In this document: positions 1 to 12,900 of the stretch, piece after piece
How positions within the stretch are numbered: position 1 is the first letter of the stretch
Layout of the letters: each line of letters opens with the position of its first letter
NCBI GenBank assembly: GCA_034780895.1
Contig: JAUZTB010000107.1
Location: 98,073,831-98,137,830 of the forward strand
DNA: 64,000 nucleotides
Origin: Rhynchobatus australiae
Lineage: Eukaryota
Direction of reading: 5' to 3'
Notes under the pieces: model-generated
Databases searched by the model: none
Seen by the model: the letters and a program-made list of their open reading frames with translations, nothing else
What the model was told of the DNA's origin: nothing
Made by a program: the position numbers and the translations under genes

Positions 1-3000
1 CTTATCTAAAATATTTGAGCTTCAACTCTGACCTAGAAATTGGATTGCATACTGCCACATTTAGTACATGTGTAACTAAAATTTAAAAAAAGAACCTCTA
101 GCAAAGTTGCTTGTAATACTGTAAGTTCCATGCAATTCATTATTTTCCTTCCAGATCTTCCTTTGCCTCACATGCAAGCACATGGACAAAAACAGCAAAA
201 GCCAGTGCCATGAATGCTACATCCATGATTTATATCAGCAAATGTGTAACCCCAATCTTGTGAACCATCAGGGTGGTTTTATTGTTCCTTAACGTTGGCT
301 CAAACTGAGGACTCCAGCACTGAAAACCCATGAAGTAGATATTTGTGAAATAAAATACTTCAACTTGTTGACTGCCATCCTCAGGAAACCACTAATTCTC
401 ACTCTGGTTTTGACTTCTTTTCCCCAGCCCCAACTGAACTCCTAATATTCTCCATCCTGACTACCCCAAATTACCCATACCTGTTTCCAGCCCAACTCCA
501 TCTGCCCCTTGTGACAAGCATCCCTATCAATGATTCAAGGTCCTAATTCTGCCTCATCCAGTGCTGAGACACTTCCACATATGTCTATCTTGGGGCATCA
601 GGACCTCAAGGGTCATTGGTGATGGTAGGGGNNNNNNNNNNNNNNNNNNNNNNNNNNNNNNNNNNNNNNNNNNNNNNNNNNNNNNNNNNNNNNNNNNNNN
701 NNNNNNNNNNNNNNNNNNNNNNNNNNNNNNNGGTAGGGGGTGGGGCAGTAGGAATTATGATCAGCAGCTGAGGGTTGTGGGCAGATGGAGGAACCAAGAG
801 AAAACTGCAACAAAGCTGAAGTATCCACCTTGAAAAACCCTTGCCTTGAGCCATTATTTACCCACAAGTACTTACGTGCTCAAGTCTCCAGCAGGTCACT
901 TTGAAGACTAATGAAGCAGACCTCACAAGAACCATGAAAGCTTTCTTCTGTGTGAGTGATCTGTACTGCCTGTGGGTCACAAGTGTGTGCATCAAACTAG
1001 CAGATGTGGTGCCCATACAGTTAGACACCACTATCATCCACAGATTATTCCATGAGGTTAGTAGTCAGGCAATTTGAACTCTGGAAAAAAAAAGTTCCCC
1101 AGACCTGCACCCTATGACCTAGGCCTCCTACACCAGAGGATTTTACAGTGGCAGAACCTCAAAGTATTCATTAGCCTACTGTGCACTGCAAGTTTTATAC
1201 TCTTTTCCACATGCCATAATGCCCAGGCCTCATCCTATATGACATCTGATGGATTTTTCAATCACACCTGTGCAATCTTTGTTGGGTCTCACAGTGTGTA
1301 ATCAGAGCTCCAAGCTCAGAGGGCTATGTTTTCTTGTTTACTGGGAATCTTAGAATGTCCTTTTTTGAAGTGAATGCAAAAGAAAGCAGAGGTTAAATTC
1401 TGTAGGGGGTGAATTTCTCTGATTTTGGTACATTTACAATGGAAGCATCAGATAGGCAAGTCTTTGACAGACTTTCTGGTCAAATTCAATTTCAACCAAC
1501 TCCAAACATTCAAAGCTTCCCCTTCAACCTTGTACTTGTTGACACCCTTCTTGGAATTTGCCAAGTCTGACTTACTTCATGAATATGTAATTACAAATAC
1601 AATAGCAACCTAGACTGATAGGTAAAAGGCATCCCAATTGATGGTCAGCTAATACAGGTAGAAATAAAGGGAGCTTGAATACCAATTTCTACTACCAACT
1701 GAAATGCTCCATTTGACCACTCACCATTCCATCAAAGATGCAGCTCTTATTCATTGCTACACTCTTCTCTCTGAGAATGCCACTCCAAACAACTTTTATG
1801 TCACAGGTTTATTTCACAGAAATGCCAGGGCAACTATCAGATTCCTTACTAACTTCAAAGACAAAACAGTCACCATGCCTTCCATTATCAAGTATCATAG
1901 GATACAAATGGTTTGAAGGTGAGAGATGCCCCCTTTGGTTGGGGGGGGGGGGGGGGGGAAGGGGAAGGAAGGTCAATCTANNNNNNNNNNNNNNNNNNNN
2001 NNNNNNNNNNNNNNNNNNNNNNNNNNNNNNNNNNNNNNNNNNNNNNNNNNNNNNNNNNNNTCCAGCATGGAATCCATGTGCTGGACAACAAGGCATTCAA
2101 GGAGCCAAATTGAGGGCCAGAACTCAGAACCATGACACTGAGAGCAGGAATACTCACTGTCTGTTTACATTATAAGCATTGGTAATGTGTGTAAAGCTCT
2201 TTCTAATTTGAGATAATTCAGATTGCAGATTGGTAACATAAATAAGAAACCTTGCCTAGAACAAGTTCAGCACCTACTGGTTTAATGCTTCCTTTCATGA
2301 AAACTAAAACAAATTTTAATTAAAAATAACAAACTAGCAGATGCTGTTAATATTTTTTTTGCTGGAAGCAATCCTTGAAACTAAGCAAATAGCCTTCATA
2401 ACCAATTCAAGTGCAAATGATCAGATATATGCCAACCAATTCAGCAATTGTGATAAGATTGTAGCATAACTTTGCTTCATGTGGCATACGTTAAAAAGAT
2501 ATCCCCCATCATACAACACGTGGTATTAAATAAGAGCCTGACTTTAAAAACATAATGATTATCTCATGCAAAATATCAGAGTCTGAACTAAAACAGGCAA
2601 TTCTGGAATGAGAAGGAAAATTCTACACAGTCAATTCGGCTACTGTACCATCTGCAAGAAGTTTTTATGTAACACATACACATTATATTTTGAGGTATCA
2701 TTTGTACTTAAAGATCTTCCCATTTGTGTAGTTAGCATTAAGATAATCTCCAGTGTTTCCTCATCATCTTAATAACATGACTATTAAAATGCATTGCAGT
2801 GACATCTAAAAAGTGACTTTTGTAACTCTTTGTTATTTTGTAATGGAATCAAACTAGGTTAGCAATGAAAGTGAAAAGAAATTATAACAACATCTCACAT
2901 TGTTATATATTCCAAGTTCACAGACTAAAATACTTACTATCCTGTATCATGAAAATGTTAGCTACTTTCAGAGTGCACCTTATCCAAACTTAAAGATTAA

Positions 3001-6000
3001 ATCTATCAATGGCCACATTGTCTGGNNNNNNNNNNGATGTTCCAGAGGATAGGAACTGTAGGAAAATTAACAGTCTGTATCCTTACTGCAAAGATGTGCA
3101 AGTTTATGAATGAGCTAAATTCATATTTACCATAAACCAGAGCAAATTGTCAAACTCCAGGGTTTACAAATATTGCAATATTTAAATATTCTTTAAATTG
3201 TGCAAAGAAACAGTCCTTTATACCAGCTTGAAGATTGTAATGTTTGAATGTATTTGATATATAAGTAGTAAGAAGAAAAATAAAATAACTGGTTTAAGAT
3301 AATAAAATGCATCAAAAGCTTTCATTAATGCTCAGCAGTTAACATTGCAATGCTTAACCTATTTCAATGAAATTACTTTTCAAGCAAAGGAAAAAATAAA
3401 CAGATTAATGCCACCTTTGAAATGGCAGAGGAAGCAGTTTCTCCCAAAGTACTTGTACAATAGTACAACATGGTTGTATTTTCCAGGGATTTGTTTCTGA
3501 AATATTTAATAAACATCTGGAAATATTTAACAAAAATCCAAAATGCACCATATTTTAGTTAATATTAAGTGCACACAATGTTTATTATAATTATGGTACA
3601 GCTCAAAATAAATACTCAAAAAGCTGGACTAGCATCAAAAATTCTGAATTCATGCCTGACAACTTTGTAGAGATTAGTGAGCTGAATAATTTAGATACTT
3701 AAATTTAAACACAAATTATTGAGATTTTCTTTTAACTTTCCCATTCCTCTATTCTGGTAATTTAACACAAAAATATTCCATCNNNNNNNNNNNNNNNNNN
3801 NNNNNNNNNNNNNNNNNNNNNNNNNNNNNNNNNNNNNNNNNNNNNNNNNNNNNNNNNNNNNNNNNNNNNNNNNNNNNNNNNNNNNNNNNNNNNNNNNNNN
3901 NNNNNNNNNNNNNNNNNNNNNNNNNNNNNNNNNNNNNNNNNNNNNNNNNNNNNNNNNNNNNNNNNNNNNNNNNNNNNNNNNNNNNNNNNNNNNNNNNNNN
4001 NNNNNNNNNNNNNNNNNNNNNNNNNNNNNNNNNNNNNNNNNNNNNNNNNNNNNNNNNNNNNNNNNNNNNNNNNNNNNNNNNNNNNNNNNNNNNNNNNNNN
4101 NNNNNNNNNNNNNNNNNNNNNNNNNNNNNNNNNNNNNNNNNNNNNNNNNNNNNNNNNNNNNNNNNNNNNNNNNNNNNNNNNNNNNNNNNNNNNNNNNNNN
4201 NNNNNNNNNNNNNNNNNNNNNNNNNNNNNNNNNNNNNNNNNNNNNNNNNNNNNNNNNNNNNNNNNNNNNNNNNNNNNNNNNNNNNNNNNNNNNNNNNNNN
4301 NNNNNNNNNNNNNNNNNNNNNNNNNNNNNNNNNNNNNNNNNNNNNNNNNNNNNNNNNNNNNNNNNNNNNNNNNNNNNNNNNNNNNNNNNNNNNNNNNNNN
4401 NNNNNNNNNNNNNNNNNNNNNNNNNNNNNNNNNNNNNNNNNNNNNNNNNNNNNNNNNNNNNNNNNNNNNNNNNNNNNNNNNNNNNNNAACCAATATTACT
4501 CAATATTTTGAGATCCATTCTATCATTAACAAGTCCCTGCCAATAACCACTGCTTTAATTAATTCTATTATTAAAAACAGTTTGATTCATTCTGTCACTA
4601 ATCAGTGTTTTGCTGATACTTTCTGTCATTCTCTCTCTTTTCTGTGCAGAGATAGGTATGAATATGACTTGGTACAAAATATTCCATTTTGATGCACGAA
4701 ACTCTACTGCTGTTTTAAGAATTATGTTCTCTCTTAAGCTTCCCAGGCCAGGATGTGTTAACAATAAGTTCAGCATTCATCAACATGTTTGATCACCTGA
4801 TTTCTTTATCAAACTTATCTATCTTTTCACTAGGTTGAATCATCATATTTTTCAGCCTTTTGAAGGAGGACAATTAAGCTTTGATTCTACACAATTCCAT
4901 GACTAAAGAATTGAAAATGGAAAGGTTGTGGTTTAAGTACAGTCTAACATCTGGTACCACTGTGCTGAAGTATATGTGGCAGCCTCCCTCCCTGTTTTAA
5001 TTAAAGACTTCTTTCAGAAATGCCCACCTAAATGTTTGGGAAATTACATTTTTCTTTATATTATTTATATGTTTTGATTTGTTGAGAAATGCATGACCAG
5101 GGTCTTTCAAAACTTCTAAGAAGATGTTGACGACTAACACTGTATATAAATGAACTCGCTTCTACCCTTCATTCTTCCATTATTGACTTTCCTCTTGAGC
5201 AACATCAATGAGATGAATTCTGCTCGTCGATATTTAAGTCTTGGGTTAATTAGCTAAATGAAAATAAAGCAAAGGGCTTTATACTGGATGAATCTGCAGG
5301 ACAACCTCCCGTACAAATGTTGAAGGAACTATTTCTGAACTTTCTTCAAAGGTTCTGCTTACAAGTCAGGGTAACCCTTGAATGATAAATAGTTTAATCT
5401 GCAAAGCCATAGCATTTTAAATTGCTGTTTGGACCCCCACCCTTTAAATGTTTTCACCCAGCACAACAATATTATTTTAATAATTTTTCTCCAGAGATTT
5501 CAACTTAATTTCACCTAGAACTGCACTTACGAAATTAATGAAAACAACAATTGGACTGACTCACTAATACCTCACTGATAAGAAAATGAAAACTAGCTGT
5601 TTCAGCCACCAGGTCAAATATGCATTTTAATCATGTTATTAAGATATCTTTTCTGCTAAGCATAAGATCATTTGGATTTTCACAACAGGCATTCCTTGGG
5701 GTCCCTTCTTCAACGTGCTTAATTTTCTATTGCACTGGTTGGAAGTCCAAAAAGAACCTAATTTTTAACTTGTTCTGGGAGAACAGTAAACTCACAGTCG
5801 GCTAACTTTGTTTCTTCAGTCTCCGAGGTGAATAAATGACTACTATCCAGTTACTGCTTTTGCCCATGATATTTAATACAATGCATTAATTCATTCAATC
5901 ACTATTTTACCATACCCAGACTTCTTAACTGTATGCATGTGTACATAGGAATGTATTGTCCTAATTGAATGAAAGCTTTTGCTATATTTAGTGAGATTAT

Positions 6001-6299
6001 TGCTGCTGAAAACTTACTAAATAAACATAGAATATTAACAGATTTTTTTTTACTTCCTTTGCCGCCTATTTTAGAGGCAACTTTCCAAATTCTGTGGCAT
6101 TCCCAATATTTCCCCCTAAACATTAGAGGTTATTTATTAGATGTGAATTGAGCATCTTTTTTACTAATTAATGTCAAAATACTTGTTATAAATTAGAGTT
6201 TTACACCATCTAACTAAGAAAACGAACAATATAACTAACAAATTACTGCGAGTAGCTTTAAAAATTTCTTTAATCAAAACTGTTACTCTTCTTACATCT

Positions 6300-6735
6300 G
6301 TGAACAAGGCCATTTGGCCTACCAAGTCTATGTCAGATCCCAGAGCATCCCCGTCTGTCCCATTCCCCCGTGTTGCCCTATAAACTGTTCTCTCCTTCTT
6401 GCAGTGCATGAACACTAGGATTAGAGTGCCCAAGTAACCTATCAGCCAAAGGAAAACATAAGACTGCAGATACTGGACCCTTAAACAACAACAGAAAGAC
6501 TGGAAGAACTGAGTCAAATAGCATCTGTGGAAAAATAAACCAGTTAATGTTTCAAGTCGAAGAACCTTCATCAGAACCTATTAACTAGTTTGTCTTTGGG
6601 ATGAGGGAGGAAACAAATGCAGTCACAGGAAGGACATGCACACTCCACACATGCAGCACTTGATATGATGACTGATCCCAGGTCATTGGAGATGTGCAAC
6701 TGCAGCAAAAACTGCCACTCCACTGTGCCAGTGGT
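6300..6735 (-). mobile_element. HE1-like tRNA-derived SINE, interrupted by another repeat
   Basis: Reverse strand of 6590-6735 resembles the chondrichthyan HE1 head and body (tggcacagtgg..ccaatgacctggg..tgtgtggagtgtgcatgtccttcctgtgactgc..tttcctccctcatcccaaagac); 6300-6450 resembles its 3' part. Confidence 0.6.
6455..6580. mobile_element. Fragment of a common shark/ray repeat (Penelope-like terminal segment)
   Basis: ctgcagatactgg..aacagaaagactggaagaact..agcatctgtgga..gttaatgtttcaagtcgaagaaccttcatcagaac; the related ctgcagatgctg motif recurs near 23575 and 40155. Confidence 0.5.
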
Positions 6736-6784
6736 GTGCAGGATCCCCAAATGAAAGGATAAAATTTCAGCAGAATCAGGCCTC

Positions 6785-6890
6785 AAAATTCCAGGCAACA
6801 TCCTGGTAATTTTTTTCTGCGCTCTTTCTGGTTTACTAACATCTTTCCTTTAAATGGGGTGACCAAATCTGAACACAATACTCCAAGTTA
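6785..6890 (-). mobile_element. CR1-type LINE fragment
   Basis: ccaggcaacatcctggt..gtgaccaaatctgaacacaatactccaag is similar to the CR1 segment at 8143-8240. Confidence 0.6.
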
Positions 6891-7487
6891 ATTGTAATCA
6901 CTTCAATACTGTAATCACTTGGAAAGCTCTGCATTCCAAGAACAATGTGGGAATATTAGTGAAATGTTAGTTTGAATTACTGCTTGTACATCTTTCAGGT
7001 GATGTGTTAAACTAAGGCTATATCTGCTTGTTCAGTTGAATGTAAACAATTAACACAGAACATAGAACAAAGGAGGCATTCCACAGCTCTGGCATGGTTC
7101 TGAGTTCTGGCCCTCAATTTGGCTCCTTGAATGCCTTGTTGTCCAGCACCTGGATTCCATGCTGGACTGATTACACAATGACACACACCTGAGCCCCATC
7201 AGGGGCCTAGCATAAGTACCTGTGTTTCTCTGGCACAAGTTGCCAGAGTATTGGTCAACCTTTGGGTATACTTTGGCTCCTAGTTGCTTAGTGTGGTCTA
7301 CTCTAGAACAGTCCTGTGTTCTCTATTCCTTTTTCAAGATCCAGTTTGTGTTGGGATTCCTATTCTGATCTGAGGCAAGATTCCTTCCAGTTGCTGCCTG
7401 TGTTTGTCCTGAGGTAGTATCCTGACTCCAGTCTTGTATTGGTGTGCCGCATTTGGGTTCTCTGTGAGCTTGCTCAACATTGTGACA

Positions 7488-8025
7488 GCTCCTGCCTAAT
7501 ACTGTGGTATCTATCCTTTCCCCCAGTTGAACACATTCCCCTAAGGTTCAGTCTCATCCTTATCCATAACTCTCTGAAAATTTGGAGTTATAATCAGTTG
7601 ACAAAATGCTCTCCCACTGAAACTCCAATCACCTGGCCAGGCTCATTTCCCAGTACAAGGTCCCGTATGGCCCTTTGCTTGGTTGGATTGTCTACACCTG
7701 TGTCAAAAAACTGTCCTGGATGCACTGAACAAATTCTGCCCCATCTAAGCCTCTGGCACTAAGGAAGTCGCAGTCAACACTGGGGAAGTTAATGTCACCC
7801 ACTACAACAACCCTGCTGCTTTTAAATTTTTCCATAACCTGTCGATGTATCTGTTTGTCTCCTGCTGGCTGTTGGGGGGTCCCTGGTATAACCCCAATAC
7901 AGTGACTGACCTTCCTCATTCCTCAGCTCCACCCACATTGCCTCAGTGGGTGAGCCCTCAGGATGTGCTGTCTAAATGTTGCAATGACATTCTCCCTGAT
8001 CAGCAGTGCAACTCCCCTGCCTCTT
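7488..8025 (-). mobile_element. CR1/HER1-like LINE ORF2, degenerate apurinic-endonuclease domain
   Basis: Minus-strand translation RVVVVGDINFPSVDCD..GLDGAEFVQCIQDSFLTQ matches the CR1 endonuclease GDFNFP motif region. Confidence 0.85.
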
Positions 8026-8029
8026 CTAT

Positions 8030-8827
8030 AACCCTATCGTATCTTATAACTTTATATACTTCCATCAAGTCATCCCTCAGCCTTTGACACCCCAGAGAAA
8101 ACAATCTAAATTTCTCCAAACAATCTAAATTAAAGTAGCCAGTCCAGGCAGTATCCTGGTGAACCTCTTCTGCACCCTCTCCAAAGCCTTTACATCCTTC
8201 CTATAGTGTGGCAACCAGAACTGCACACAATACTCCAAATGTGACCCAACCAAAGTGTCATACAGTGCAGTGTGACATACCGATGTTTATATTGAATGTC
8301 CTGACAGATGAAGGCAAGTGTGCACACGCCTGCTTTACCACCCTATCTACTTGTGTCACCACTTTCAGGGATATAGACCTGTACCCCATGATCCATCTGT
8401 ACATCAATGGTCCCGAGGGTCCTGCCATTTACTGTGTACTTTCCTCTTACATTTGACCTCCCAAAGTGCCACACCTCACACTAGCCCAGATTAACCTCCA
8501 TCTGCTATTTCTCCACCCGTAACTGATCACTAGAACCTGCTGCATCCTTTGATGACCTTCTTCACTGTCCACAACTCCACTAATTTCTGTGTCATCTGCA
8601 AACTTACTAACAAGCCCATCTACTTTTTCATCTTCATTATTTACATATGTATATCACAAACAACAGAGGGCCCAGCACTGATTCCTGCAGAACACCACTG
8701 GTTACAGACCTCGAGCAAGAATAAGACCACTACGTCTTCTATGGGCAAGCCAATTCTGACTCCAAACCACCAAATCACCTGGGCTCCCGTGCATCTAAAT
8801 CTTCCTGATCAGCCTATATACGAACAC
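8030..8827 (-). mobile_element. CR1/HER1-like LINE ORF2, degenerate reverse-transcriptase and C-terminal region
   Basis: Minus strand agt aag ttt gca gat gac aca = SKFADDT catalytic motif (~8588-8608); gagtattgtgtgcagttctgg = EYCVQFW motif (~8215-8235). Confidence 0.85.
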
Positions 8828-8927
8828 NNNNNNNNNNNNNNNNNNNNNNNNNNNNNNNNNNNNNNNNNNNNNNNNNNNNNNNNNNNNNNNNNNNNNNNNN
8901 NNNNNNNNNNNNNNNNNNNNNNNNNNN

Positions 8928-9170
8928 CACATTATGACCATCAGGGAGGAGGTACAGGAACCTGAAGACCCACACTCAACAATTCAGGAACAGCTTTATC
9001 CTCTCTACCATCGGATTTCTGAATGATCCATGAACACTACCTCATTATTCCTATTTTGCATTATTAATATATTTTTGTAATTTATAGATTTTATGTCTTT
9101 GCACTACTGCTGTCACAAAACAACAAATTTCACGTTGTTTGTCAATGGTAATGAATCTGATTCTGATTCA
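8928..9170 (+). mobile_element. Rex1/Babar-like LINE 3' end
   Basis: Translation PSGRRYRNLKTHTQQFRNSFILSTIGFLN is typical of the Rex1 C-terminus; ends in a short (ctgatt)n tail. Confidence 0.7.
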
Positions 9171-9345
9171 GTACAACACAGGAACAGGCTCTTCATCCCA
9201 CAATGTCCATGCCTCTCATGATGCCAATTTAAATTAATCACATCTACCTACACATGTTTTATATCTCTCCATTCCCTGCCTGCTCATATGTCTGTCTAAG
9301 TTCCTCTTAAACATTGCTATCATACCTACTTCCACCACATATGGT
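9171..9345 (-). mobile_element. CR1-type LINE 3' end
   Basis: Minus ORF VVEVGMIAMFKRNLDRHMSRQGMERY matches the CR1 ORF2 C-terminus, followed by 3' UTR-like sequence. Confidence 0.75.
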
Positions 9346-9894
9346 CTTATGCTCATCTTTTTTATAGCAAAAAGTGGTTCTGTCATATGTCCTTCAACTG
9401 AGATACTAAATTTACTGGCCTTTGCTCTTCGTGGAAATATGCCGTGCAATGTTTGTTGTTGCATTTTCCGACAAAAACAGTAGTAAAAATTAGTTCCTTG
9501 CCTGTGGAAAACTTTGGAACAATCAGAAGATGTGAACAGTTCTTAGAAATCGAGGTTGTCCTTTCTGCTATTATGTCTGAATGAAGCAGAGGTTTATTAC
9601 TGACAGAAACTGAAATGAAACAGTGTATGATTCTGGAAGAACATTGACCATCTTCNNNNNNNNNNNNNNNNNNNNNNNNNNNNNNNNNNNNNNNNNNNNN
9701 NNNNNNNNNNNNNNNNNNNNNNNNNNNNNNNNNNNNNNNNNNNNNNNNNNNNNNNNNNNNNNNNNNNNNNNNNNNNNNNNNNNNNNNNNNNNNNNNNNNN
9801 NNNNNNNNNNNNNNNNNNNNNNNNNNNNNNNNNNNNNNNNNNNNNNNNNNNNNNNNNNNNNNNNNNNNNNNNNNNNNNNNNNNNNNNNNNNNNN

Positions 9895-10240
9895 NTTTAT
9901 TTTGTTGCTGGATGTGGGCATTGCTGACAAAGCCACTTGTTTATCATCTATCCCTTTTTGCCCTTAAACTAGGTAGTCATTTAGCACAGGAGCTGCAGTC
10001 ACAGATCGGGCTTGATATGAATGGCAAATCCCTTCACTGAGAATATTAGTGAACTGGATAGCTTTTAAAAATCACCTATTTGTTTCATGGTTACAATCAC
10101 TTGTATTTCTCGTACCAGATTTATTTAATTACCTGAATTTAAACTTCCCAGTTGCCATGGTAAGAATTGAACTTATGTCTTGGAATTAATAGTCCAAGCC
10201 ATTGGATCCTAATCCAGTGATTGAACCACAGTGCTATCTT
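9895..10240 (-). mobile_element. Decayed tRNA-derived shark SINE
   Basis: Minus strand starts with A/B-box-like tagcactgtggtt..tcactggattagg..aagttcaattcttaccatggcaactgg; the tail gatgtgggcattgctgacaaagcc recurs at ~40060-40115. Confidence 0.5.
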
Positions 10241-12204
10241 ACCAATAATATTATACCAGGATATCTATAGTGAGCAATGTACATTATGCACAGAAAATAT
10301 TATAGCTGAACATTTAAGGATGGTAAAAAAGAATTATAATACACTTTCTCATTTTCATTTTGTGGTGTCCACAAAAATATTTTCAATGAGATGATGATCT
10401 GGTGTCAGCCACCTGGTCATTATACTCGGTAAAGGCTTGGAATAATAAACAAGGTTGGTTTTTCTATTGATTCACCCATCATTATATAAAAAAAATCCCT
10501 TTCTCCAGATGATCATTGATGCTGCCTGCTCTTAAATGATTTTATGACTGGTCTGAAGCACGGGTGAGGCATTCTGATCCTGTACTGGTAGCTGTTCCTA
10601 TGTGGAGAGAGGTGTGGAGGAGGATGCCTTCTCCTTTGCACGATGTGAAGGAAAATATGGACATACTCATTCTTAGGTTTTGCATATCATAATTTTACTG
10701 TGCTCCATAATCATAAGAAAAAAACATTTCCCACGTATGTACTCTTGCCTTGAGACATAACATACCATGTAGTTTAATGCATTAGACTTTTCTACTTTTA
10801 CTTGTCTTCTATAAATTCACTCCTAGCTTTGCCAAGCATATTAAATTCCAAAAACAAAATCCAATTCAAGCATAATTATAAACCAGAGTAAAATTTCAAT
10901 GCCATTTCTATTTCCCACCATGTACTTGAGTACCTGTTCCATACCTAACAGTCGAACAGAAATTTCTGATCCAGGAATAAAATGTTTCCTAATTTCCTTT
11001 GATACCCAAATCAATTCATACATCCTTTACCAACTTTCATGGGTGGCCATGTTTCATAGAAATAGAAAATTGTTATGATACAATTTTCTCTGTTATTTTA
11101 TTAAGTTTAATTGCTGAATAAATATTATTTTTAATATTCTGGTTTGCTTATGTTGTGACAGTTGTTTGAATGCTTGTAAGTAGCATGGGGCAAGGCTTTG
11201 CTAACAGATGATTGGTCATTCCAAACTTTAAGCTGTTTCTTTCCTGAGAGAGTGGATCAAGGTTTATTATATGCAGTAGATCCATTTTGACTGCATAACA
11301 TCTTTCTGTCTGATTTCTCTCTGATCATGATGTTTATCATTCTCAAAATGAAAAAGCATGCAAATTTTATTCAATAAACAACTCCTTGAGGTATTTAAGG
11401 TGGAAAATATTGAATCAGCCTGTGATTTCCTCCTTCCTCTAGGCTGACGTCTTGTCCTTCTCACCACCCTCAAGAGAACCCAGCTGAGAATAGGTCTCCT
11501 AGAGCTTTGTCCACACTGCAGCTGAGATTTAGCCCTGAGTCTAGCTAAAAGTGTCAATCAGTGGTGGGGAGCAAATTGGTGACCAAAAGAGTGGCAGCCC
11601 CATCCACTCACCACCCCTACCCCAGATCATAGTCCTATTGCCCAGAGCTCTTTTTCATGCTCTAACTTTGTCTCCAAGGCCAAACCAGCCAGGAATAACA
11701 CCACAGTTAATGAGAATTAGTCAGCTTTCATGAGAAATCAGAATGGCCTGGGGACCCACAAAGATGTATGTGAAGAACTAGGGTGGGTTGTTAAGGTTGT
11801 CATGAAGGAATGGAAATGAAAGCTTTGCAATGAGAATCCCAGCGTATATGTATGGGAGCAGGAGATGTACTCCTTGCTTTCAAGGAAACGTTAATAAGCT
11901 AAATGTACTTGCATACTTGGGACCCCTGCCTCCTGCCTCCCCCCTCCCCCCATGCACTTTGACCCTGTTTGCTGCCAGCTTTCATTGGTAGGTTTGAGCT
12001 TTCACTGGACCTGCAGTTAAAATTATGAACACTTCTTCATTATGTCATTGGTATATGATTTTGCCATTTTCATTAAAACTTCAGAATTCTGAGATGGGTA
12101 TCTATATCATTAGGTCCTCTTGCCTGATTTCAGACTAATTCAACTTGTATAACATGGGAATGAACAGGAGTGTGTCATGGAGTAACATCCCACTACACAT
12201 ACAT

Positions 12205-12900
12205 ATGAATGTATGAATTAGGAGCAGGAATAGGCCAGTCAGCTCTTTACACCTATGCTAACATTTAATAACATCATTGCCAATCTGATTGTGTTCCATA
12301 TTCCCATCTACCAGAGGTAACCTTTCACACACTTCCTTATCAAGTATCTAAATAGCTCTGCCTTAAAAAGATTCAGATGCTTAGTTCCACCACTCTTTGA
12401 GGAAAAGAGTTCAATGACTTATAACACTCTGAGACAAATCATTTCATCTCATCTCATCTCTATCTTAAATGGCTGACCTCTTATTTTGCCCCAGTGACCC
12501 CAAGTTCAAGGTACTCTCACAAGAGAAAACATCTTCTCCCCATTCACTCTATCAAGAACCCCAAGGATATATATGGTTCAACCAAGTCCCCACTCACTCT
12601 TTTGAACATCACAAGTTATAAGCCTGGCCTGTCCAACCTTTACTCGTAAGACGACTTGTCCATTCAAAGTATCAGGCTATTGACACTTCCATGCTTTGCT
12701 GCTAATGCATTAACATCTTTCCTTAAAAAAGGAGACCAACACAATGCACAGAACTCCAGATGTGGTTTTACAAAGCATAAACTCCTTATTTAATTTCTCT
12801 CACAATAAACAAAACATTTTATTAGCTTTCCTAATTACTTGCATTACTAATCACTGGTCTTTGCTAAATCATTTGTACCAGGACATCTAGATCCCTATAT
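12205..12900 (-). mobile_element. Old CR1-type LINE 3' region
   Basis: atgaattaggagcaggaataggcc terminus; ggagaccaacacaatgcacagaactccagatgtgg is homologous to the CR1 segment at ~8210-8245. Confidence 0.7.

Noticed and set aside
3691-4518. Long ORFs spanning N runs (also near 9.6, 13.7, 18.9, 24.2, 27.9 and 39.4 kb)
   Set aside because: Open only because N codons contain no stops
10390-12180. Possible ancient SINE or DNA-transposon remnants
   Set aside because: Repeat-like in texture but no family could be assigned by eye
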